Assembly (NCBI GenBank): GCA_938084675.1
Contig: CALKGM010000004.1
Location: forward strand, 3,339-67,338
Length of the DNA: 64,000 bases
From: Candidatus Poseidoniaceae archaeon
GTDB lineage: Archaea > Thermoplasmatota > Poseidoniia > Poseidoniales > Poseidoniaceae
Direction of reading: 5' to 3'
In this document: positions 36,594 through 46,708 of the stretch, piece after piece
How the letters are laid out: each line of letters begins with the position of its first letter
Position numbering within the stretch: the first letter of the stretch is position 1
The notes under the pieces: model-generated
The model's input: the letters and a program-made list of their open reading frames with translations, nothing else
Told to the model about the DNA's origin: nothing
Database searches by the model: none
Position numbers and translations under genes: made by a program

Positions 36594-39500
36594 CTATTCC
36601 GTTGTTCTTGAATCGTAGCGAATCGGTGAAGAATCTCCCCGAACTCCGTCTTCTTCATCGTCTCGAACCTCAAACCAATCGTTCATCCAATCACCATCAG
36701 TATCCCAATTTGTGGGGTCACTTCCTTCGGCGAGATGGTCATCATCAAAGTCAAGCATATACCAGCCATATTCGTGTTCACCGACATTTCTGACAGGAGG
36801 AGTATTTGGAGACCCTTGGTAGTATATATCCCAGGAATCAGTTAGGTTTCCAGCCATGAGAATAACGTCATCACTGGGATCAACGGTGAGGAAGTTTGTG
36901 TCATAATCGTTGACGATGTATCCATATTGACGGTCAATACCCGAGTATTGGTCCAGTTTGAGATAATTTTGAATGAGCTCATCCGGTTGACCCAAACCAA
37001 GTATTGCTGCCCTAAACTGCCATCCCTCTGTAACTGGACTTCCTCCAAAGGTTAGACCACTCAGGCGGACCGCATTTGGAGATGAATACTCTGAAAGTGT
37101 AATAGCGTAAAATTCTTGGAAATTCGTATATGGTTCGTAGGTGCATCCTGCTCCACTACAGTCCCAATTACCATCTTGATCGGGGTCTTGGTTCGCATCA
37201 TTCGGATCGCTGGGGTCCATGGTAAACCATGTGAATTCAAGATCTGGTCGTCCAAGAGTACCGCCAGACCCGTCTTGGGAAAGGGGCAAACAGGAGTTTG
37301 TATTCGTGTCGCATGCTCCACCTGTGGCAACATCAATCCAAACAACACGGATGTCAAGATAGGAACTAAAATTGTCATTGGATTCATTCCACGCACGCTT
37401 GTATTCGTACCAATCCGGAATCATATCGCCATCAGAGTCGTTGTCGCTTGGATTAGAACCGTACTTGAACACCTCACGCCCGTCTGAATAATTGTAATCC
37501 TGTACGTGCGAGATTACTTCACCGTTCTCTGTCGTCGTGATGTAGGAAATGCTATCACTATCGCTGTCATTGCTGTCCGGACGAGTTTCATTTTCAAATT
37601 CCATAAGATTCGTGAACGGCAATGACCCAATTCCATTTTGAATGACTTGACCTGAAGGGACAAGGGTTCGTTCATTCCAAACACCTTGGGTAGCTGGCAC
37701 ATCAAAACTGCTCCTGTCGTACCATCCATCATGGTCACCATCATAGTTGACATCCCAAGGATTGAGTGGATTAGCCGCCCAGTGGTTGATGGTTGTTGGA
37801 TCATCCATCGCAAAAATCGCGTAGCAATATTCCCAGCCATCGGGGATGCCGTCACTGTCGGAATCGGAATGCGTTGGATCTGTAACACCACGAAGACTGC
37901 GGTTGAAATTACCTGCATCGTAGGTGTTGATCTCATCCATACGGTCTTGGGAATCTGTGCCCTTCTTTACGAAATCGATGTAGAGCGCTTCTTGTGCCTG
38001 AATTTCAGTAAATCCGAGTTCTTCTGTATACGCCAACATCGCATCCACTCCGAAATCTACGATACCTAAATTTGCGGGAACTGTCCCTCTATTGAGGTAG
38101 TTACCGTAGGTTCTGGATTCCCATTCACGAAGGTTGCTAAAGGTTTCATTGAGGTCAATAGTACCGTCCCCATTACAGTCGAAACTATCGCCATCAGTGT
38201 CAAGATTGACGTCACCATCAATCAATGGATTCATACTCCATCGATTCTCATCAAGGTCCCAGTTGGTGAACCAATACTCGAATCCATCATACATACCGTC
38301 TCCGTCTGTATCCGCAATAGTTGGGTCGGTCATACCCAAGATAACTTCAATGAACGCTGTCGGGGGCTCTCCTTGCTGCCAGGAGTTGAAATCATTGAGT
38401 AGCCGCTTACCACGCGTGTCTTTGGTAAAGAGGATGTTGAATACACGTTGAGCCTTTTCTGTTGGTTGCTGGAAGTCTCCGTCAACATGCATTAACGGGG
38501 CATCGCTTGGATGAGCAATTCCATTATCTGGTTGTGCTTCAGCAAGATTGAATTCTTGAAGGTCTATGAGGCCATCTTCGTCACCATCGAAAAGCCCATC
38601 GCCAGCAACAAGAGGATTAAGTGTCCATGTCTGAGCAGTAGTATTCCAAGCAGTGAAGAGGAGTTCAATACCGTCGAGCATCCCATCACCATCAGTATCA
38701 ACGTTATTCGGGTCGGATGTTCGCCCGCTCATGTTAATTTGGTCTTGAGTCATGAAACTGCCAAAGGATTTCTCAGTGGTAATCCCAGGCCATTGTTGGA
38801 ACGCATATGCTTGGCCAATGGTCGTAACAAACCATTGAGGAGAAGAGCGTTCGCTATTCGTTTCAGACAACTCTGGAGCGATAACGTTGTACTCTTCCCA
38901 GTTTGTCATTCCGTCTTCATCCGTATCATCCCAGCGGTCCGAAGAATCGAGTGGATTCAAGGTCCACTCATCATCAAGAAGATCCCAACGTGCGAACCAA
39001 ATCTCCCAACCATCGGGCATTCCATCATCATCAGAGTCCGAGCTCAGTGGGTCGGAAGCACCCACATTGTAGGTTGATTGGCCAGAGGTTACCGAACCGG
39101 AGGCACGCTCTGCGAAGGTGGCTTCAGGGACGCCATAGTCACTCACGTGGTCAAAGAGGTTGGTTGAAAATTCGTTGGGCAGCGATTGACCGTCAAATGT
39201 TTGATTGCCCAAAAAGAGGTCGCTGCGAAGATGGTATTCAAGATAATTGACGAAGGCTTCGTTCTGGTCCAAAACACCATCATGGTTGATATCATAGCCA
39301 TCTCCGTCAGGATTCTCGAACGCATCGGAACCGTTGAGAGGGTTGATACCAAGCCGACTTGGATCCCAAGAACAGAGACCCTTTGACTCCCAACCATCAG
39401 GCAGTGTATCCCCGTCGGAGTCGATAGCATTAGGGTCCGCAACGGCCCATTGTTCAACACTCTCTGGGGATTCACCATAGAGTTCCAAAAGTTCACCTGC

Positions 39501-42347
39501 AAGGCCCATATTTCTTACAATTGACCATTCATATTCACAGAGGTTAGGTAGCCCATCGCCATCTGCATCCCAGTTTGCATCATCAGCACGCAATGGGTCA
39601 AGGCTCCAGTTATTCCCCCCAGTAAATGTCATGCCAACCCAGCGGCGATGTTCAATTTCCCATCCATCGGGCATACCGTCACCATCGGAATCTGGGTTTG
39701 TAGGGTCCGTCCCCGAATCAACATTGGCTATGTTGAGGTAGGTTGCATTGGCGGCCTGCCCTGCCGCATCATCACAGACATAAACGAGTTGGACTGTATA
39801 GTGGCACCACAAGTTGCTGCTTTCATAAAAGAAGCCGAAGTATTCTGCACCGTCTTTGACCCCATCCCCATCAGTGTCGCCTAGAGAGGGTGTTGTTGAG
39901 TTGTAGCCATCGGGGGTCGTCTTGACATATCGGAATTCGTCAAGGTTGGTCCACAAACGGTCAAGAGAAAAGTCTCCAGATTGGTCCAAATCAATCCCAT
40001 CACCGTCTGTGTCATAGTAAGCATCCCACGGGTCAGTAGGGTCCAATCCATTGACGACTTCCCATCCATCGGGCATGCCGTCAGCATCGGAATCGTTCGC
40101 TCCGGGGTCAATCAATTGCAAGTTAGCAAATTGCCCAGGCGAAGCCCCACCGTATACGGTTGTGTTCCCGTCGACATCAAGGCTGGCTAAGGTTGTAATT
40201 TGACCTGGGAGTCGTGTTTGATCTTGTTGTCCATAGACGGCCAAGTAATCACCAGCAATTGCCCACAGGCCCCAGTTTGATCCAACGAGAATCTCATCTC
40301 CAGTAGGCAAAATTGCATAGATGTCATTGGTCTCTTGAGACAGTTTCCCGTCGATTCCCGGATGGACCAAGAGACCACCATGGTCGATTGTACCTGTGAC
40401 CAAATCCATCTTGTGGACTCCGGAGGGGGTTCCAAACCAAAGGGCTTGGGCATTTTCATCCGATGGTCCATCAAGGGCCATATCCCGAACTTCGGCTGGA
40501 TTGTCCGTCACTCCGATTGGAAGGCCGTGAAGTTGACTGTAGGACGAGGTGATTGGTGTGCTCTCTGTCGTGAAGAAGAACTGCCATTCTGCAACCGCTT
40601 CATCACGAGCAGACGCTGTTTCAACCGTCATCAACCCTCGGTCTGTTCCAACGAAAAGCGTGTAAGTAGAACCGCCGGCAGCACCGTGTTGAATCACGGT
40701 AACAGATGCGTTTGAAATTTCAAGAGCATCTCGCAAACCAGCGCCAAGGTCGTATGTCGTTACAATTGATGCATCAGAACCAATTTCCAAAACTGCACCT
40801 GCCCCTGCATGACCAAGGGCAATTATGTACTGATTTCCATCCATCCCAGAGAGTTGAGATATTGCACTCGTCTCGCCAATCATGCTCCAATCCCAAGATG
40901 ATAACGGCCCGAGTGAACCATCGGCGAGCAAGGGGCTAACAGCCACTCCAACACTTGTTGAAAGTGAGAGTGCAAACGGTTCGTCGTCGTTGAAAATCAG
41001 CGTTCCATCATGCACCTCAACGCCTTGGGGTAACCATTGATGCAGACTTGTTTGTTGATCGGTGTTGAGAACGGACACACCGTACTTTGTCATGACGTAG
41101 AGGTTTTCACCGTCTTCGTCAAGGGAACGTACATCGTAGTGGTTGATAGCCATGGCATCCTCTTCAGCGTCGTAAACGAGAGGGTGAACGATGAATTCGT
41201 CATCACTGTTCATGACTCCAGTAGATTTCAATCCAGGATAGACGGTATTTCCGTCGTCGTAATGAACAAGATACTCTTCTAGCGTCGACAATGCCTCACC
41301 CAATTCAAGGGCAGTAAACGTGCGGGCAAGGTCGGGAGTAACAGCTCCGTCACGATTGGAGTCCCAACCGTCCAAGTCCGGATCGTCAAGTGCGTTGGTC
41401 CGATTTAGTGGGCTCAAGCCAAAATGTGCTTCCCAGCCATCTGGGATTCCATCGCCGAATGAAGGATACAAATTACGAACAGAGAATCCATCCCAGTGGT
41501 ATCGGTCGGAATCATCCAAAAGTGGGTCCGTCCCTAGCCAAAGGTCCTCTCCAATTGGAGAAGTTGAGTTTGTAGTACATGCTGGGAGGATGTTGTGAAA
41601 CGTAGCGTTAGCACCCGAGGGAAGGAACGGCCAGTTCTTCAGTGGAGAACCGCCGGGAAGTGTTGCATGACACCACAAACCATCAAGTTCGGTCGTGAAA
41701 CCAGACGGAGTTCCAAACGCGTATTCCTCTGGAGCTGTGAATCGCTCTGCAAGGCTTAGCGTCCCGTCCCGGTCAACATCGAAGCCATCGTTATCCCCGT
41801 CTGAAGTCAAATCACTCCCGTTAAGCGGATTGTAAGAGCCGCAATCGTAACGAAGTGTAGTTTCATCAAATCCACCTATTCTCTGACACATGTATGCCTC
41901 AAAACCGTCAGGCATTCCATCTCCGTCTGTATCCGACATACGGGGGTCAAGGTAGGTTCGTTCGTTGTTTTCATCCAAAATCCCCGTCAACCCCCTCGGG
42001 AATCCAGACTCGGTACAATTCGCAGGATAAGGCCAACAGAATTCTTCTGTGGCGTTCAACCCGTCTCGGTCAAAATCCATGGAGGCATCCGATGCGTTGT
42101 CTTTGTCCATGCCTTGCATGATGACACTTCGCCCGTCCACTGCAGTCCAGTTCATCCATTCTTCAAACAAGGTCTCATGGACATCTGGAATCAGATCACC
42201 GTCGGTATCGGTGTTGGGAGGGGGTGTCTGTGTCGTGTCATCCGGGTGAACGTTTGCAACGCTGGAGATGGATGGGAATTGAGACATGAAAAGAAGGCTC
42301 GAAATCACCGCCAAGGTCGTGAGAAGGGTTGTTTGACTTCTTCGCAT
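36594..42347 (-). CDS. giant (1917 aa) secreted protein with ~28 thrombospondin-type-3-like Ca-binding modules and a central beta-propeller-like region; no membrane anchor
   Basis: Signal peptide TLLTTLAVISSLLFMSQFPS. Recurrent DxDxDG(M/I)PDGWE modules (SDTDGDGMPDGFE, NDSDADGMPDGWE, NPDSDGDGMPDGWE, SDSDDDGMPDGWE, ADTDGDGMYDGFE, SDSDSDGIPDGWE and others), paired with W..NPL...D.D.DG...E modules. Residues ~380-760 carry Reg_prop-like strands (LWFGTPSGVHKMDL, ILVGSNWGLWAIAGD). Ends ...DSSPIRYDSRTTE without a TM. GGTGA Shine-Dalgarno lies 4-5 nt upstream of the ATG. Confidence 0.85.
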   Translation of the reverse strand: MRRSQTTLLTTLAVISSLLFMSQFPSISSVANVHPDDTTQTPPPNTDTDGDLIPDVHETLFEEWMNWTAVDGRSVIMQGMDKDNASDASMDFDRDGLNATEEFCWPYPANCTESGFPRGLTGILDENNERTYLDPRMSDTDGDGMPDGFEAYMCQRIGGFDETTLRYDCGSYNPLNGSDLTSDGDNDGFDVDRDGTLSLAERFTAPEEYAFGTPSGFTTELDGLWCHATLPGGSPLKNWPFLPSGANATFHNILPACTTNSTSPIGEDLWLGTDPLLDDSDRYHWDGFSVRNLYPSFGDGIPDGWEAHFGLSPLNRTNALDDPDLDGWDSNRDGAVTPDLARTFTALELGEALSTLEEYLVHYDDGNTVYPGLKSTGVMNSDDEFIVHPLVYDAEEDAMAINHYDVRSLDEDGENLYVMTKYGVSVLNTDQQTSLHQWLPQGVEVHDGTLIFNDDEPFALSLSTSVGVAVSPLLADGSLGPLSSWDWSMIGETSAISQLSGMDGNQYIIALGHAGAGAVLEIGSDASIVTTYDLGAGLRDALEISNASVTVIQHGAAGGSTYTLFVGTDRGLMTVETASARDEAVAEWQFFFTTESTPITSSYSQLHGLPIGVTDNPAEVRDMALDGPSDENAQALWFGTPSGVHKMDLVTGTIDHGGLLVHPGIDGKLSQETNDIYAILPTGDEILVGSNWGLWAIAGDYLAVYGQQDQTRLPGQITTLASLDVDGNTTVYGGASPGQFANLQLIDPGANDSDADGMPDGWEVVNGLDPTDPWDAYYDTDGDGIDLDQSGDFSLDRLWTNLDEFRYVKTTPDGYNSTTPSLGDTDGDGVKDGAEYFGFFYESSNLWCHYTVQLVYVCDDAAGQAANATYLNIANVDSGTDPTNPDSDGDGMPDGWEIEHRRWVGMTFTGGNNWSLDPLRADDANWDADGDGLPNLCEYEWSIVRNMGLAGELLELYGESPESVEQWAVADPNAIDSDGDTLPDGWESKGLCSWDPSRLGINPLNGSDAFENPDGDGYDINHDGVLDQNEAFVNYLEYHLRSDLFLGNQTFDGQSLPNEFSTNLFDHVSDYGVPEATFAERASGSVTSGQSTYNVGASDPLSSDSDDDGMPDGWEIWFARWDLLDDEWTLNPLDSSDRWDDTDEDGMTNWEEYNVIAPELSETNSERSSPQWFVTTIGQAYAFQQWPGITTEKSFGSFMTQDQINMSGRTSDPNNVDTDGDGMLDGIELLFTAWNTTAQTWTLNPLVAGDGLFDGDEDGLIDLQEFNLAEAQPDNGIAHPSDAPLMHVDGDFQQPTEKAQRVFNILFTKDTRGKRLLNDFNSWQQGEPPTAFIEVILGMTDPTIADTDGDGMYDGFEYWFTNWDLDENRWSMNPLIDGDVNLDTDGDSFDCNGDGTIDLNETFSNLREWESRTYGNYLNRGTVPANLGIVDFGVDAMLAYTEELGFTEIQAQEALYIDFVKKGTDSQDRMDEINTYDAGNFNRSLRGVTDPTHSDSDSDGIPDGWEYCYAIFAMDDPTTINHWAANPLNPWDVNYDGDHDGWYDRSSFDVPATQGVWNERTLVPSGQVIQNGIGSLPFTNLMEFENETRPDSNDSDSDSISYITTTENGEVISHVQDYNYSDGREVFKYGSNPSDNDSDGDMIPDWYEYKRAWNESNDNFSSYLDIRVVWIDVATGGACDTNTNSCLPLSQDGSGGTLGRPDLEFTWFTMDPSDPNDANQDPDQDGNWDCSGAGCTYEPYTNFQEFYAITLSEYSSPNAVRLSGLTFGGSPVTEGWQFRAAILGLGQPDELIQNYLKLDQYSGIDRQYGYIVNDYDTNFLTVDPSDDVILMAGNLTDSWDIYYQGSPNTPPVRNVGEHEYGWYMLDFDDDHLAEGSDPTNWDTDGDWMNDWFEVRDDEEDGVRGDSSPIRYDSRTTE
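36650..40110 (-). repeat. in-frame array of degenerate ~30-nt modules encoding DxDxDG(M/I)PDGWE (TSP3-like Ca-binding repeats)
   Basis: Plus-strand copies include ccatccatcgggcataccgtcaccatcgga (~39661), ccatccatcgggcatgccgtcagcatcgga (~40062), ccaaccatcgggcattccatcatcatcaga (~39007) and ccagccatcggggatgccgtcactgtcgga (~37831). They differ mainly at third codon positions, so these are old protein-level repeats rather than recent DNA duplications. Confidence 0.8.
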
Positions 42348-42536
42348 TGAATCACCCGATGCAAAGCATACGCTTCGCTACAAGTTCACCTTGGAAAGAT
42401 TGCTTATGAGGATGATGGAACAATGTTCATACAAATCTCATTTACCGCCACCTCCGAATCATATGAAAACTGTACATTCTCAAGGTGAATAATCGGTGTA
42501 TTCAAGTTCCTTCCGCGCAGGGTCCATTGCGTTCAC

Positions 42537-43358
42537 ATGCCGATGACCATCACTCACCTTGGTACTGGAAGCAGGGGTAACGCCACGCTTCTTGAAACTC
42601 CAAAGGTGAAAGTGCTTGTTGACCAAGGGTTCAGCGGCACGCAGTTAGCCAAACGCCTTGCACGGCTCAATCTCGAACCAACCGATATTGATTGTTTACT
42701 CATTTCACACCATCATGGAGACCATGGAGGTGGCGCTGTCGTTTGTCAAAACAAGTGGGAGTTGCGTGTATTGGCAAATGAACGAACCGCACTTGAACTC
42801 GGACTCAAACCCGAACTAACCACGTTTTTTTCATCACTTGACATCGTACACATCGGCGATGACCTCGCTGTACTCCCCGTACCAGTCCCACACGACGGGT
42901 CAGATAACGTCGCCTTCGTCGCAAGTCATGCTGGAGAGCGAGCGGCTATCATTACCGACCTCGGTTCTTGGACCGATGAACTCATCGCTCATGTACGAGG
43001 CTGTGAACACATTTCTATTGAAGCGAATTACGACCATAACCGGTTGGTTTCTGGACCCTACCCTTACTCGCTAAAGGATAGAATAACCGGTCGCGGAGGT
43101 CACTTGTCAAACGATCAAACTGGCCAATTTTTGGCGGAAGTCTGCACGGAGTCAACCCGTAGTATTACGCTGACACATTTGAGCGAAAAGAACAACCAGC
43201 CCCACATTGCTGAATCAACGGTCCTGTACTACATCGATGAGGTATTCAATGGAGACCTCACGATATCCCTTCAATCAGGTCCGGATTTTTCCCACTATGT
43301 TGGAAAAGACATAGAATCCGATGCACCAGTGAATGCCGAAAAACAAGTCACCAACTGA
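42537..43358 (+). CDS. metallo-beta-lactamase-fold hydrolase (COG1235 PhnP/YycJ-like)
   Basis: ITHLGTGSRGNATLLE...VLVDQGFSG...IDCLLISHHHGDHGGG (HxHxDH) and a later ...TLTHLS; 273 aa. Confidence 0.8.
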   Translation: MPMTITHLGTGSRGNATLLETPKVKVLVDQGFSGTQLAKRLARLNLEPTDIDCLLISHHHGDHGGGAVVCQNKWELRVLANERTALELGLKPELTTFFSSLDIVHIGDDLAVLPVPVPHDGSDNVAFVASHAGERAAIITDLGSWTDELIAHVRGCEHISIEANYDHNRLVSGPYPYSLKDRITGRGGHLSNDQTGQFLAEVCTESTRSITLTHLSEKNNQPHIAESTVLYYIDEVFNGDLTISLQSGPDFSHYVGKDIESDAPVNAEKQVTN

Positions 43359-43403
43359 CGGTTTGGTATGAAAAGAAGGTCAATGGCTAAATGATACCAC
43401 ATC

Positions 43404-44477
43404 GTGTCAGCATTCGTGAACCGCCAAGCCGACGCTTTACGCTCTCCTCGCCTACGTCGCGAAGAGCAAGCCGTAAGCGAGGTTTTGGGAGTCGTCATGC
43501 TCCTTGCCATGGTCATTACCATCATGGGCGGTGTCTGGATATTCCTCAACCCATACCTCTCCGATTTTGAGGACAATACCAATTGGAAATCGGCGACAGG
43601 CATCGCCGACCGAATTGAGGACAGGGTCGAAGTAGCCGGAAATGCGCCCGAAGGGACCGGATTTAGGAATACATTAGCAATGCAGTCCACCTCCATCCTC
43701 ACCGTCCAAAACATAGAACATTGGACTATTTCTGCTGATTTTACTTCTCAGGAGAGCATCGAAATTCGCAAGGTTAACGACACAGTCATCTCAATTACCG
43801 CTGAAAATGAGTCTGCGAGAAGTATGACCATACAATCTCCGACGACAATCGTCGAACGAACCGTACCGACAACCTCCCAGGAAGTGTTCATCAATCACAA
43901 CGCATCTCACTCTCATTGGATGATTATCACCGTTTATGACGAAGAAGGCACAACCCTGCATCGCACGGTATATGTCTCGTTATCAGGAATTCAAGTAACA
44001 ACTTCGCTCGGTCAGGGCACGCATGAAATAGTAATGATGAACAATGCTCGTGCGGAGCGATTCCCGAACGGTGCATGGGATGTTACGGCCATGCCATTGG
44101 TTGAATTTGACCGTATGGCAAATGATGAACTGCGTTTGTCAATCCTGCTAACAGATGTCACTGGAAAGGGCTCAATTGGTAGTGGAACGAACATCGGGAT
44201 GGAGTTCGTATCGCTTGGCCCGTTAACCTTGTTTACAGGAGAGGCATTCAATGTCCGCTTCACCGCAATCAATGCCTTGCATGACGTAATTACACCTCAA
44301 TACCACGAAACATGGCTTTCAGACTACACGATTCAACGCTCAGCAGGAACCCTAGATTCATTCATCGGCTTTTCCCCGTATCAACGTGCGAGTGGCTCAG
44401 ATGGATTTACGATTTCCTCACAAGGTTCACCTTTATTCTTTGAAGTGGACTACCAGCGGGTTGAGGTGAGCAGATGA
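43404..44477 (+). CDS. archaeal type-IV-pilin-like protein (class III signal peptide, Pilin_N/DUF1628-like N-terminus), 357 aa
   Basis: The N-terminus ...RSPRLRREEQAVSEVLGVVMLLAMVITIMGGVWIFL matches the charged-leader / AVSxV(I/L)G / hydrophobic-helix pattern of archaeal prepilins. GTG start (43404; 43416 also possible). Stop overlaps the next ATG (ATGA). Confidence 0.65.
   Translation: MSAFVNRQADALRSPRLRREEQAVSEVLGVVMLLAMVITIMGGVWIFLNPYLSDFEDNTNWKSATGIADRIEDRVEVAGNAPEGTGFRNTLAMQSTSILTVQNIEHWTISADFTSQESIEIRKVNDTVISITAENESARSMTIQSPTTIVERTVPTTSQEVFINHNASHSHWMIITVYDEEGTTLHRTVYVSLSGIQVTTSLGQGTHEIVMMNNARAERFPNGAWDVTAMPLVEFDRMANDELRLSILLTDVTGKGSIGSGTNIGMEFVSLGPLTLFTGEAFNVRFTAINALHDVITPQYHETWLSDYTIQRSAGTLDSFIGFSPYQRASGSDGFTISSQGSPLFFEVDYQRVEVSR
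44463..44469 (+). promoter_or_regulatory. Shine-Dalgarno site GAGGTGA for the second pilin-like gene (translational coupling)
   Basis: ttGAGGTGAgcagATGA: the Shine-Dalgarno lies inside the 3' end of the first pilin-like gene, and the ATG overlaps its TGA. Confidence 0.6.
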
Positions 44478-46708
44478 AGCATAATCTTCAGCGAGATGAA
44501 GAAGCTGTTTCAGCCGCAGTAGCCACTGTACTACTCTTTGGGGGCGTATTGTCCATTATCGGTTTGATGATGGTATCCTTAATGCCCGTTATCGAGGAAC
44601 TTGAGGGTTCAGTTGAACGACACGATATGTCTGCACAAATGACACTCCTCGCACATGAAACCTCAGAACTAAGCGAACGAGGTATGCCCGGAGACTCTAC
44701 TCAATCAACTCTCGTCCCGGTAGATGGAAACCTCGTTTGGGACTCACTGCGTGGAGGCATGTGGTATTCAGCAACATGGCAGGAAGACATGAGCCTAAGA
44801 GCAAGAGGCGCTTTAGATTTCGATGACACTCTTGAAATCCGACATCCTGAAACTTTCATTTCATCGGTATGCATTTCCGACCTGCGCCAAGGACCTGACC
44901 GTCATTATTTCTACACCGTTGACGCCCAAGTAGACCGAGCTCTTGTCTCCGTTGCCCCTGGGCTCGCCATGCCACTGGGCCCAGTAGATGTCACACTGAC
45001 CTCATTGGGAACTGACATCACAACCGTAGACCTTCGTGTTGATGATTTGAAATCCTTTGATCTCTCGCAACTCGGAACTGTTACCGTCTCATCCAGTCAT
45101 GAATTGGTTGTCCTCGCAGAAATGGGAACTGGCGGTACAACATACATCGAACCTACAGATAGTGAGCCATCCGATAAACGAGGCCACTCTTGGGCTATTC
45201 CGATGGAATCGGGCTTGTCGAAGGTTCACCTTTTGAGCGATAAAGCGAATCAAATACAGATCACAACATCAAACGGCACAGAATTATTCTATGCCCAACC
45301 AAGCGAAATGTCCCGAACGGCTGTATCATTCACCCATGAGTTCAACCTTACTTCAAACCAGGTCGTTCAAATCACAACAAGTGCAGCATCTCGAATGTTG
45401 TATCAATCAGAACCATCCAATACAACCGGAATCACATCATGGCCGGCAACTACTGGAGCATATTTGGGACATTCCTTTACGCCTCCGAATCTTGAAGGTA
45501 CACTTAGATTTACGAATCCAGGTGATGCAATCGTAACCATCACATGGAGAGGCGGAGGGATATCCGTCCAACCCAACGCCATTGAACATGTTTCTTGGCC
45601 TCCAGAGCAAATTCTCGGAGCACCTACACTTGATGCAGACGGAGATTTCTTCGTCACCTGGGCAGCATCAGGTAGTACGAACATCACCGATGCAGTATCT
45701 GGAATCACAATGATTCCTGCTGACGACACAGGTTCAATTTCAGGGGCAGCCTTTTCCTATTACAACACGGATAATTCGGTCAGCGAACATCTCAACATTG
45801 TTCTCGCAGGTTATACCTCTACATGGAATGCAAGTGGAGTTGCAAACCAAACTGGCATGTTTTTGGACGACAATGACCGATACAACTTGACCCTTAACCA
45901 AGGAACTACCAATGTTGAGGTCGAAAAAGACCATCCCGTACGCATCACTCGCTTCAGCGGTGAAAACGGACTGTACCATCTCCCACACGATGGTGAACAA
46001 CGTTGCACACAAATAGCAACGCAGGCAAGTGGGTGGATCACTACTGAACTACCTTGGGAACGAATGGGAGGGCGGGGAGAAATTGATATTCAACAAGCGT
46101 GGAGAGAAGGACGCCATCCATCAAGCGTAGCCATTGAAGTCTTGGGAAGTGACGGAACCTCAACCCACGCCACCATTGGTACTGTATGGGCCTTTCATCT
46201 CTCACGACTCGCCTATCAATTCCAATCCTCTATCCCCGGGATGGAAGTCGCATTTAGCGGAGGGGCAGTCGTCACCAACCACCCGGAATTCCAACCGTAT
46301 GTCGTCGTTCCCCCATCAGACCGAGGTGGACCCGGCCCTCGCTTTGCAGCAACCATACCTTCTCTTCACCCTACAGCAGATAGCGCTTCAGGAGCGGGAG
46401 TACTCGAACTTGATATCGAACTTGTCCATCGCATATCCCTCGCATCAACACCTGCATATGAAGTAAGAAGAGGCTGGTCGGAGCCCTATGGCACTGCGAT
46501 TGCAGACAGTGCAGGCATCGGCCTTGAAGCAAGCGAAGATTGGACAGTATACCCTGGACAGTTGGACCTCTTGACAGATTATGTTGGATGGGTTCCCGAT
46601 CCGAGTTACGGTACATCGGAGGCAGTCTGGCATACCAATGGACAAGCCATTGAATTTACACTCCAACTTTCATCACTTGACGTCACCACTCGGGAGGCAC
46701 TGACATGA
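44474..46708 (+). CDS. archaeal type-IV-pilin-like protein, large (744 aa)
   Basis: MKHNLQRDEEAVSAAVATVLLFGGVLSIIGLMMVSLM class-III-like N-terminus. GAGGTGA Shine-Dalgarno (44463..44469) lies 4 nt upstream of the ATG. ATGA overlaps at both ends of the gene. Confidence 0.65.
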   Translation: MKHNLQRDEEAVSAAVATVLLFGGVLSIIGLMMVSLMPVIEELEGSVERHDMSAQMTLLAHETSELSERGMPGDSTQSTLVPVDGNLVWDSLRGGMWYSATWQEDMSLRARGALDFDDTLEIRHPETFISSVCISDLRQGPDRHYFYTVDAQVDRALVSVAPGLAMPLGPVDVTLTSLGTDITTVDLRVDDLKSFDLSQLGTVTVSSSHELVVLAEMGTGGTTYIEPTDSEPSDKRGHSWAIPMESGLSKVHLLSDKANQIQITTSNGTELFYAQPSEMSRTAVSFTHEFNLTSNQVVQITTSAASRMLYQSEPSNTTGITSWPATTGAYLGHSFTPPNLEGTLRFTNPGDAIVTITWRGGGISVQPNAIEHVSWPPEQILGAPTLDADGDFFVTWAASGSTNITDAVSGITMIPADDTGSISGAAFSYYNTDNSVSEHLNIVLAGYTSTWNASGVANQTGMFLDDNDRYNLTLNQGTTNVEVEKDHPVRITRFSGENGLYHLPHDGEQRCTQIATQASGWITTELPWERMGGRGEIDIQQAWREGRHPSSVAIEVLGSDGTSTHATIGTVWAFHLSRLAYQFQSSIPGMEVAFSGGAVVTNHPEFQPYVVVPPSDRGGPGPRFAATIPSLHPTADSASGAGVLELDIELVHRISLASTPAYEVRRGWSEPYGTAIADSAGIGLEASEDWTVYPGQLDLLTDYVGWVPDPSYGTSEAVWHTNGQAIEFTLQLSSLDVTTREALT

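Noticed and set aside
38511-39077. Long antisense or alternative-frame ORFs inside the giant genes (e.g. 38511..39077 188 aa, 17144..17632 162 aa, 62690..63220 176 aa, 57023..57517 164 aa, 485..709 74 aa, 48504..49064 186 aa)
   Set aside because: They lie entirely within much longer ORFs that carry recognisable domains. Their translations are low-complexity (Ser/Pro/Arg-rich), as expected for shadow frames, and they have no Shine-Dalgarno or promoter context. Treated as non-coding shadows.
36650-40110. Recurrent ~30-nt DNA motif (ccatc.gg.at.cc.tc...) that could be mistaken for a CRISPR array or dispersed repeat element
   Set aside because: The copies are in frame within one ORF and encode DGMPDGWE-type Ca-binding modules. 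They are irregularly spaced and diverge at synonymous positions. These are protein repeats, not a CRISPR array or mobile repeat.
42406-42492. 28-codon micro-ORF (MRMMEQCSYKSHLPPPPNHMKTVHSQGE) and a GAACA-A-TGTTC inverted repeat (42418..42428) in the 189-nt divergent spacer between the TSP3 giant and the MBL hydrolase
   Set aside because: The micro-ORF has no Shine-Dalgarno and no conservation evidence, and the 5-bp arms are expected by chance. The spacer is more simply two divergent promoters. No tRNA-like or structured-RNA signature was seen there.
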